From positions 1 through 62,732 of IMG/VR virus record IMGVR_UViG_3300005095_000122: a stretch of 62,732 bases of DNA. The stretch is one strand, 5' to 3'. Under the pieces are notes generated by a model that worked only from the letters and a program-made list of their open reading frames with translations, had not been told where the DNA came from and searched no databases. The translations under genes were made by a program, and so were the position numbers. Origin of the DNA: a virus. Taxonomy: Duplodnaviria > Caudoviricetes. Shown piece after piece: positions 48,203 through 55,616 of the stretch (the stretch's first letter is position 1; every line of letters starts with the position of its first letter).

Positions 48203-48883
48203 ATGAGGGCAGCGACATTTGGAGGATTTGTAAAGTTTTCGGTGATTTGGGCAGTTTTTATGTTGTTGATATTTGGTGCGTTTGTTTCTTTGGCGCGAGC
48301 CGACGTAATTGATTTTGAAGGATTGGGTGTTGAGGGAGACACGTTGCACTCCGTTAGTGGAGTAAGTTTTGAGAACGCCATCTTGGCGACCGAACTAAGT
48401 GGCAGAATCTATGCATTTTTTTATGGTATTTCTACCAGAGGATGGGATGATGCGGTGGTGGATGGGACCGTACCAGTTGGAGGGACCATGCTAACGGATA
48501 AATGGGGGGATCACACTCCCTATCCTTTCTTAATAGGCAAACAAGTAAGCTGGACTTATGAGAAGCCGGTTACAAGCACATCGTTCTATTTAATTGATGT
48601 GGACGCACATGAGCGGTATGTGGTCGAGGCGATAACCGTGTCAGGTGAGGTGCTCGAAAAGGTAATAGCAGATGGAGACCCAGGAACCGGAGATGGTAAG
48701 GCGGTAAAGATGGAGTTTATCTCTTCGATGGACCCAATTAAGTCGGTCAAAATAACACCGCCTTCTTGGAGTGGCTGGGCGGTAGATCACATAGAGTTTG
48801 AGCCCGTACCGGCTCCAGCCACGGTGGTTTTGATGTTGGCGGGAGTGGTGGCCGTGACGGCTTACCGAAAGGTGTCGCGATAG
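48203..48883 (+). CDS. PEP-CTERM-type sorting-signal surface protein
   Basis: Signal peptide (...FVSLARA/DVIDFEG) and C-terminal VPAPATVVLMLAGVVAVTAYRKVSR (VPxP, TM helix, basic tail). ATG 48203 with GGAGG. Confidence 0.8.
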   Translation: MRAATFGGFVKFSVIWAVFMLLIFGAFVSLARADVIDFEGLGVEGDTLHSVSGVSFENAILATELSGRIYAFFYGISTRGWDDAVVDGTVPVGGTMLTDKWGDHTPYPFLIGKQVSWTYEKPVTSTSFYLIDVDAHERYVVEAITVSGEVLEKVIADGDPGTGDGKAVKMEFISSMDPIKSVKITPPSWSGWAVDHIEFEPVPAPATVVLMLAGVVAVTAYRKVSR

Positions 48884-48889
48884 GCACAG

Positions 48890-48918
48890 GCAGGTGGGGA
48901 AATCCCCACCTGCTTTTT
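48890..48918 (+). terminator. Intrinsic terminator
   Basis: GCAGGTGGGG-AAAT-CCCCACCTGC-TTTTT. Confidence 0.88.
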
Positions 48919-48937
48919 GTTTAAAAGTGGAGGAATT

Positions 48938-50011
48938 ATGGTCGAAGAACTAACACCGTTAGTGGTTCAAGGCTTGGAAGGTAATCGTTTTTTATTAAAG
49001 GAACCTTTTCGTCTTTTAACCAGTTTCCACCAACACCAAGTGATAACAATAAAGCCAGGATTGGTGACAGATTTTGCTTCGGTGCCCAGGATATTTTGGA
49101 ACCTATTCCCACCACATACTTATGAAGTTCGAGGTCCGGCTTTAGTTCACGATGCCCTTTATCAGTTTAATGTTGTCCCGCGCAAAACAGCAGACAAGTT
49201 GTTTTATAAACACCTGCGGTCACGAGGTACATCTAAGCTAAAAGCTTGGGCAATGTACCAAGCAGTTAGACTTGGCGGAAAGAAAGCATATGAAACTTAT
49301 ACGCGCCGGCTTCGGGCAGGACTTCCGCCTTTACCTTATTATAAAGACAAGACGCCGTTAGTGAAGTTGGAATTGCTGCAGTTTATGTCTTTAGATGATT
49401 TGGTTTCTGGAGGACGTATGGAAGGCTCAAAAGAGCAGTTTTTACAGTTTCTAGTGCAAACAGAGGGCGCTTATGCGGAGGATGTAGGCGGTCGCACGGT
49501 GATAGGAATTGCCGAACGGCATCATCCCGAGGTGGTGGCCAAGATCGAAACACTAGCACAAGAGGCAGGTAAGAAATTAGCGGATTTTGCGGTGGACATT
49601 TGGTATTACCTTCAAGGACGGTATAAGCGAGAAGTAAGTGCGCAGCTACGAGAAGCAGCGAAAATAATACGGAAATTTTATTTCGATCTTTTTCAGGAGC
49701 TCCCGCTCCCCGAGCAGGTGCTTTTCGTGTACTGGGACGCGATAGTAAATCAGGGCCTTAAAACCGCAAACCGACTGCTTCAAAGATCTCTCCAGCAGCT
49801 TGGCGAGCCAATCATTGCCGATGGAATAGTCGGCCCAAAAACACTCGCAGCAATCAACTCAAGTGGAAATCATCCCCACTTATTTGAAATTTATCTCTTA
49901 CAACGTGCTTACCAGTATGCACAAACCCGTTTGCAAGAGCTCTATCTAAGAGGCTGGATCAAACGTTTGATAGATTTACAACGTTATATAATAAACACTT
50001 TGGAGGTTTAG
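48938..50011 (+). CDS. Endolysin: DUF1353-like domain fused to GH108 lysozyme with a peptidoglycan-binding C-terminus
   Basis: TDFASVP..HDALY...AD..F...MYQAVRLGG (DUF1353-like); EG.Y..D.GG.T..GI, D..VNQG, DGIVGPKT, GWIKR (GH108). Confidence 0.82.
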   Translation: MVEELTPLVVQGLEGNRFLLKEPFRLLTSFHQHQVITIKPGLVTDFASVPRIFWNLFPPHTYEVRGPALVHDALYQFNVVPRKTADKLFYKHLRSRGTSKLKAWAMYQAVRLGGKKAYETYTRRLRAGLPPLPYYKDKTPLVKLELLQFMSLDDLVSGGRMEGSKEQFLQFLVQTEGAYAEDVGGRTVIGIAERHHPEVVAKIETLAQEAGKKLADFAVDIWYYLQGRYKREVSAQLREAAKIIRKFYFDLFQELPLPEQVLFVYWDAIVNQGLKTANRLLQRSLQQLGEPIIADGIVGPKTLAAINSSGNHPHLFEIYLLQRAYQYAQTRLQELYLRGWIKRLIDLQRYIINTLEV

Positions 50012-50013
50012 TC

Positions 50014-50331
50014 GTGAAGCATTTTGTAGTTTATACCATTCGAGGTACCTTTTTTGGCAAGGTGAAGACAACTTCTCCACTAACGTTGGAGGAACCGCTG
50101 TTACTGGTAGCAGAACCCACTGGGCGCTCGGTAGGTGGTGTAGGAATCATGCCCCTGCCCGTGACCGAGATTACGTTCCAGGGAGATTGTGCGTATGGTC
50201 CGGCCACCGAAGCGTTGGTGGAGTTGGTACGCAAGGCTAAGGTCGAACAGGTGGGGATCAAGCCGGCGAGTGTGCAGGACCTTTCCCGGGCAGGGAAAGT
50301 ATTTGAATTTGATCGGAGGTTGAAGGGATGA
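50014..50331 (+). CDS. Hypothetical protein (possible Sm-like fold)
   Basis: VVYT..G.FFGKV.....LEEP pattern. Confidence 0.5.
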   Translation: MKHFVVYTIRGTFFGKVKTTSPLTLEEPLLLVAEPTGRSVGGVGIMPLPVTEITFQGDCAYGPATEALVELVRKAKVEQVGIKPASVQDLSRAGKVFEFDRRLKG

Positions 50332-51251
50332 TAACTTTGGGGAGTTATCGGTACGAGTTGGTAAGGAAAGTGACCCCAGTTTGCCATAAGTTGTTGCGAG
50401 AGGGAGCTTTTTATTTACCAGATAACTTTTTATTTTCAGCATTGGGAGCACGTGTGTGCTACGCGTCGGAGCCCATAACTCAGCTTTTGTCAGAGGATTT
50501 GCGCATAAAGGACCCGGAAAAACGTGTGGAGTTTTTGACAAGGCTGGCAAAGGTGAAGCACTATTCGGTTTTTAGCCATTCCCCAATCATTTTGGAAGAG
50601 GGAGTGTCAGAGGACGAAAAGCAGGTGCTAAGTCAGTTATTTAAAACCTTTGTTTATAACCCAAAAGGTTGGAATTATTTATGTTTGAATTTGCGGCATT
50701 TGACAGAGTTAGTTTCTCTTGAAACTTTGCATAAGTATTTGACGTTGAACCATTCTTCTTTTTTGCATCTAACAAAAGAGTTATCGGGCGATCGTCAAGT
50801 GCATTTGTTGACTTTTGAAGATCCGCTTCGGCCGTATGGTTGGTTAGTGGTCGTGGCGGAGGGCTTTTCTAGGGTATTTTCCCACCAGTTCGTGCGTCAC
50901 ACCTGGTTAAATTTTAATCAGAGATCGCATCGTTATACCGAAGTAGATGGGTATTATCTGCCCCAGTCCGTGCAATGGAGTATCACGTTTGAGCTGTTAG
51001 ACCACGTGGACGGCGTATATAACCAGCTTATTTCGGACGGAGTGCATCGGGAGGACGCGCGTTATATCACACCCCAGGCGTCCAGGACCACGGTTTTAGC
51101 GTCGGGACCTCTTCTTGCATGGCAGGATTTCTTAGAGAAGAGAAAGCATCCGAAAGCCCAGTCTGAAATAAGGGAATTTGCCCAGGTCGTTGACGAATTG
51201 ATTTTGGAATCTCCATATAAGTACAGCTATGCAGAAATGCCCGCAGTGTAA
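50328..51251 (+). CDS. thyX: Flavin-dependent thymidylate synthase
   Basis: ARVCY, HYSVFSH, SRVFSHQFVRH...FNQRSHRY (ThyX motif), EDARY, AQSEIR. Confidence 0.92.
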   Translation: MITLGSYRYELVRKVTPVCHKLLREGAFYLPDNFLFSALGARVCYASEPITQLLSEDLRIKDPEKRVEFLTRLAKVKHYSVFSHSPIILEEGVSEDEKQVLSQLFKTFVYNPKGWNYLCLNLRHLTELVSLETLHKYLTLNHSSFLHLTKELSGDRQVHLLTFEDPLRPYGWLVVVAEGFSRVFSHQFVRHTWLNFNQRSHRYTEVDGYYLPQSVQWSITFELLDHVDGVYNQLISDGVHREDARYITPQASRTTVLASGPLLAWQDFLEKRKHPKAQSEIREFAQVVDELILESPYKYSYAEMPAV

Positions 51252-51660
51252 CAAAATTGATTTTGTGTCGGAAAAAGGCCTTTGTTTAGATTGCGAGGCA
51301 CGGTTGGAAGTAGAGTCCAAGTACCATACCGAGTCTTGGGAGGGATTTATGCGAGCAGTGGATCAATTTTTGGAGGAAGAGGCACAGGTCGAGCAGGAGT
51401 CGGCCGGGGGCAAAAGCTCTCGCGTCCAGAGGTGTCGCCGATGTGGTCGAGAAAAGTACATAAAGGCTCGGGGTTTGTGTACGGCGTGTTGGATTGCAGA
51501 GCGCCGCAAGGAGCCTTCTTTACGACTTTATTTGGATTTTAGCAATTATCCCGAGCTTTATGAGAAGCTAGAGAAGCAAGCCAGGAAGGATTTTCGTCCA
51601 GTGGAGCTGGAAATCTTATACTTACTCAAAACCGTTTTGGAGGAAACAAATGAAAAGTGA
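51229..51660 (+). CDS. Double zinc-finger protein
   Basis: CPQC..GLCLDC and CRRC..GLCTAC; possible ribbon-helix-helix-like C-terminus. Confidence 0.6.
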   Translation: MQKCPQCNKIDFVSEKGLCLDCEARLEVESKYHTESWEGFMRAVDQFLEEEAQVEQESAGGKSSRVQRCRRCGREKYIKARGLCTACWIAERRKEPSLRLYLDFSNYPELYEKLEKQARKDFRPVELEILYLLKTVLEETNEK

Positions 51661-51928
51661 AGTGCCCAGTTTTGAGCCGGTAGTGCGTCGGTACGCAGAT
51701 GTTTATTTGCGTCGTCTATCCATCGAACATCATTTGCAAGAGTTGGCAGAGAAGCTGCGCAAGCATTTATCGGAAGACCGGAATCCGTTCGAGCAACCGG
51801 ATTTTGTTAAAGAATTGGCGGATTTAGGCATTCTTTTGGAGATGCACGCGTACCATGATCCAGATTTTCGCGAAAGTATTCGGTTAAGACGTTATCGGTT
51901 TCTGGAGAAGGTCGAGCGGGGGAGGTAG
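51650..51928 (+). CDS. Hypothetical protein, weakly MazG-like
   Basis: QELAE...KELADLGIL; located in the nucleotide-metabolism cluster. Confidence 0.35.
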   Translation: MKSEVPSFEPVVRRYADVYLRRLSIEHHLQELAEKLRKHLSEDRNPFEQPDFVKELADLGILLEMHAYHDPDFRESIRLRRYRFLEKVERGR

Positions 51929-51930
51929 GA

Positions 51931-52146
51931 ATGTACAGATGCCCAGAGTGTGCTGGCGCAGCACGGCAACTGGATACTATGTGGCACAAATATTTAAACG
52001 TTTTGTATAGGTATCGAGAATGCCAGGAGTGTGGGCACCGGTTTTTGACGTGGGAGCTACCGATAAGAATAAACAAGCGTCATCGCAAGGAGTTTAAGCA
52101 GGAACTGGAAAAGTTTTTACGAGAAATGGGAGACAAATATGGCTAG
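51931..52146 (+). CDS. NrdR-N-like zinc-ribbon protein
   Basis: CPEC...YRECQECGHRFLTWE. Confidence 0.65.
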   Translation: MYRCPECAGAARQLDTMWHKYLNVLYRYRECQECGHRFLTWELPIRINKRHRKEFKQELEKFLREMGDKYG

Positions 52147-52681
52147 GATTTCTTGGTTGGATTACTTCTTCGAGTTGGTACAGGTCAACGCAGCACGTTC
52201 TTCTTGTTTACGGAGACAGGTGGGTGCAGTGGCGGTAGATCCGACATCAAAACGAGTGTTGGCCCAGGGTTACAACGGCGCGCCAGCCAAAATAGAGGAG
52301 TGTTTGCAGAGGGGATGTTATCGAGAGTCTCGGGGCATTCCCTCTGGGCACAGGGAAGAACTGTGTTTTGCAGTTCATGCGGAACAGAATCTTTTGGCTT
52401 ACGCGGCACGTTTTGGAGTGTCGCTAGACAAGTCTTGGGTATTTGTGTCGTGTAAACCATGCTTGACTTGTCTCAAACTACTTTATTCAGCGGGTATTAA
52501 ACTAATAGTTTATCAAGACGATTACCCCACCGAAGAGTTTATCTATCAGCAAATTGCTCACAGATTACCTTTGATTTCTCGAGCCCAAGCCGAGGCAATT
52601 TCTCTATTTGAAAATTATGGAAGGGAGGAATTATGCGAATTGCTATTTTCGGGCCGAAACGTAGTGGAAAAGACACGGTAG
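52139..52681 (+). CDS. dCMP deaminase
   Basis: RSSCLRRQVGA, GYNG, HAEQN, PCLTC. Confidence 0.92.
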   Translation: MARISWLDYFFELVQVNAARSSCLRRQVGAVAVDPTSKRVLAQGYNGAPAKIEECLQRGCYRESRGIPSGHREELCFAVHAEQNLLAYAARFGVSLDKSWVFVSCKPCLTCLKLLYSAGIKLIVYQDDYPTEEFIYQQIAHRLPLISRAQAEAISLFENYGREELCELLFSGRNVVEKTR

Positions 52682-53286
52682 CCAAGTTAATTGCGGGAAG
52701 GTTGTCGGGAACCAAGGCGTTTTTTCAGTTTTCACAACCTTTGAAAATGTTGGTAAAACGAATGATGGGCAAAGTAGGTCATTCAGATGAGTCACTAAAG
52801 TCGAATGTTGAACTTTTTCGTTTACGAGCGGAGGCGATTCGTATTTTGGAGGAATTTCTCGCAACACATGGCTTGGACCCACTAACCGAAAGCGAGTTTC
52901 AAATGATCGTGGAAGTGTCCGAGCGATCCGTCACAGAGGCGTATCGGTATCTTTTGCAGCGGGTAGGTACCGAGATAGTGCGAAAGCGAGATAAGAAATT
53001 TTGGACGCGCCTTCTTTTGGAGCAGTTAGAACGGTCTCCGGCCGACCACCAGTTGGTGACGGATGGACGTTTTTTGGACGAATTGGAGGCGGTCAAGCCC
53101 CGAGCACTAACAGTGGGACTGCGGCGATTGTCACAACCCGTGGAAGACGAACACGTTTCGGAGAAAGAGGCCCTAGCCGCGGCAAAAGAGTGCGACATTT
53201 ATTTTGAGCTAGAAGAGGGACAAGAGTCTTTGCAGCAAGCGGCAGAGGTGGTGGTGCTTGCGATAGAGACATATTTTAAAGATTAA
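52633..53286 (+). CDS. Deoxynucleoside monophosphate kinase
   Basis: GPKRSGKDT, LLQRVGTE..R, VTDGRF.DE, HVSE. Confidence 0.88.
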   Translation: MRIAIFGPKRSGKDTVAKLIAGRLSGTKAFFQFSQPLKMLVKRMMGKVGHSDESLKSNVELFRLRAEAIRILEEFLATHGLDPLTESEFQMIVEVSERSVTEAYRYLLQRVGTEIVRKRDKKFWTRLLLEQLERSPADHQLVTDGRFLDELEAVKPRALTVGLRRLSQPVEDEHVSEKEALAAAKECDIYFELEEGQESLQQAAEVVVLAIETYFKD

Positions 53287-53291
53287 GACCC

Positions 53292-54173
53292 ATGTCAGAT
53301 TTTTTTACCTTAGAGCGTCGGTTAGCAGAGGGGGTTTGGTACGACGCCCCGGATTTGGTGCGTCAGGAGATCCGCCGATTTGAGTATCAATACATTTTTA
53401 GAGGAAAAAGGCTTCGTCTAATAGAGCGTCAGTTACGGAATGGGGCATTGGCAACAGTTGATCTAGCTCCATATTTAAGCGGTCCGACGGCCCCGGGATT
53501 GGACGGCTTGATCGTACGACGCCTTTTGCGAGCACGAGGTGATGGTCTTCCAAAGGAGTATTTGGAGCTTTTCCGAGAGCTGTATCAGCAGATAGTGCGT
53601 TATGCGGCAGCAGTGGCCGATCGACACGGACTTCATGGAGCAATACGGGAAGAGTTTGAGGCTTCTGTGCCGTCTCTAGCCATAAGATTGATAGATCGGT
53701 ACGATCCAACGGGCACCGTGTCGTTTTTTCAGTATGTAGGCGCTTCTTTAACATATCTGCGGGGACGCTCAGGCTATGCAATCAACAACGGTCTTTCTGG
53801 AGGACGGCGCCGTTTCTACCGCCAACTTTCAGAGTTTTTGTCAGGACAACAGTTGGATCAAACGGCCCAGGCATTGTATCAAGCACCGTTAAGTTTGGAA
53901 AAAGAACTAGATAATGGTTTATCGGTGAAGGATTTGGTGGCAGAGGAAAGTTCAAATCACGAGGAAAAAGTTTTAAATAAGCGAACGGTAAGCAAGTTAC
54001 TAAAAGGTCTCTCACATGAGGAAGCATTATTGCTTTTGCGAAGGTTTGGTTTGCCACCGTTTCGTGAGCACACGTTGCGCCAAATAGGTGTGTTGGAGGG
54101 CATATCGGAAGAAGCAGTTCGTTTGCGAGTAAATAAGCTTTTGCAGAAGTTGCGTAGGAAGGCGTCAGATTGA
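53292..54173 (+). CDS. Sigma-70-family RNA polymerase sigma factor
   Basis: Region 2-like IDRYDPT...SFFQYV, region 3-like PLSLE..L, region 4-like RRFGL...HTLRQIG...GISEEAVR....LLQKLR. Confidence 0.8.
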   Translation: MSDFFTLERRLAEGVWYDAPDLVRQEIRRFEYQYIFRGKRLRLIERQLRNGALATVDLAPYLSGPTAPGLDGLIVRRLLRARGDGLPKEYLELFRELYQQIVRYAAAVADRHGLHGAIREEFEASVPSLAIRLIDRYDPTGTVSFFQYVGASLTYLRGRSGYAINNGLSGGRRRFYRQLSEFLSGQQLDQTAQALYQAPLSLEKELDNGLSVKDLVAEESSNHEEKVLNKRTVSKLLKGLSHEEALLLLRRFGLPPFREHTLRQIGVLEGISEEAVRLRVNKLLQKLRRKASD

Positions 54174-54230
54174 TGGAAACGGAGTCGCGAAAAACGTTGG
54201 AGTATTACAACCACTCCCATCTAACCAACC

Positions 54231-54310
54231 ACCCATTTACCACAGCCCTCAGTGCATTTAGCACTCTAGGCATTGGTAAATGGGTACCTGGTAAATGGGT
54301 ACCAATGCCT
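54231..54310. repeat. Iteron-like direct and inverted repeat cluster (candidate replication origin)
   Basis: TGGTAAATGGGTACC x2 (54274-54303), inverted 12-bp copy ACCCATTTACCA (54231-54242), 11-bp inverted repeat at 54268-54278/54300-54310. Confidence 0.6.
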
Positions 54311-54587
54311 GGAAAACAAAACTTGGACAAAACTAATTGGGTAGAGGTTTAAAATGTTTGGCAGTATAACTTGGTCGGAAGTATTTTTGGTTTACAAAGT
54401 GTTTGGTAGTTGGGTATTTGGTTCGGTCTCGGAGGTACGTGAACACAGCCCCGCCCACACCCCCAACCCCACCGCTCAGCGTCTCGCGCACGGCTCCCTC
54501 AGAGCGTTTCGCCACGCGCAAGGGGTCAGGGTAGGATCGGCGGAGAAAACGTCTCAAAACGAAAATATTCGCGGAGGTTAGTAACCC

Positions 54588-55616
54588 ATGAAGGCATTGT
54601 TAAAAGTACTATCCCAACAAGATCCGATCAGCCCACCTTTACTGCATTGCGACGGCCAACAATTAATCGCAACCAATCATCGCGTTTGGGCCTACCAAGA
54701 CACTTCTTACTTCCCTTTTCCCATCCCAGCCTTTACTACTCCCACTGGCCTCAAGCTCCTTAAAGTTTTGGAAACCTTCCGCCACGTCTCCCCCACCGTC
54801 TCCGTCACCGGCGACACGATCGCAATTGACTTTGACGGCACGCATCTGACTTTTCCCACCATCGCCGAGTTCCCACACTTCCCCGACAACCCCAGTTTTG
54901 ACATCCCCCAATTCGGTCTCTTTTTGTCAACTCTTACTTATCTACCCAAGGCCAAATCCATCCTTTGGCCCGAACACGTCTCCGGCCTTCGATACGAGCA
55001 GGGCCATCTCTATTACCTGGACTTGGCCCTGCTCTATACGATCACCGATCACGATTTCACCTTGCCGGATTTCGATTTCACCATCCCCAACTCCTACCGA
55101 CCCTTTTTATTTCCTCACTTCCATTCTGCGCGCGTATCGCCGCAAGCCGTCGAGCTTTACGGCGATGACTCGAAGCTCCAGTTCTACCACTATCAGGACG
55201 AAACCAGCTTCTTTGCAGAAGAAGAGCGTCAGGTCCTTTCCCAACTGGCCGAAGGCGAGGTAAAAAGATTAAACTTTCAACCCCAAAGGGGTTTTGCTCA
55301 GCGATTCCGAATTTTGGCGCAAAACCCCACGCCGATACGAATAGAAAACGGTCGGTTTACCATAGATCAATCGAATTGGCGGGAAGTGGTCGGCACGGTA
55401 CCGCAGGACTTTCCTTCATTGACAACTTATGCACCGGCCAAGCTTTTAGATTACTATTTCCACCAGTGCTCAAATCACCATTTGACTCCGACAGCTCTTT
55501 TGGCCGATCACGTACAAACCAAGGCAGCCGGTCAGATGATAATTGCTTTTCTATCCGGGGCGTTGGAAACGCAATTGGAAGAACCCGAAGACGAGGCCGA
55601 AACGGAGGAAAACTAA
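54588..55616 (+). CDS. Putative divergent DNA sliding clamp (DnaN beta-like)
   Basis: 342 aa; LIATN.R and FPTIAEFPHFP resemble beta-clamp domain I. Directly upstream of the polymerase, in a genome that encodes a clamp loader. Confidence 0.45.
   Translation: MKALLKVLSQQDPISPPLLHCDGQQLIATNHRVWAYQDTSYFPFPIPAFTTPTGLKLLKVLETFRHVSPTVSVTGDTIAIDFDGTHLTFPTIAEFPHFPDNPSFDIPQFGLFLSTLTYLPKAKSILWPEHVSGLRYEQGHLYYLDLALLYTITDHDFTLPDFDFTIPNSYRPFLFPHFHSARVSPQAVELYGDDSKLQFYHYQDETSFFAEEERQVLSQLAEGEVKRLNFQPQRGFAQRFRILAQNPTPIRIENGRFTIDQSNWREVVGTVPQDFPSLTTYAPAKLLDYYFHQCSNHHLTPTALLADHVQTKAAGQMIIAFLSGALETQLEEPEDEAETEEN

Noticed and set aside
54170-54581. ORFs 54170-54352 and 54354-54581 as real genes
   Set aside because: Their translations simply follow the DNA repeats (GKWVP x2), and the RBSs are unconvincing.
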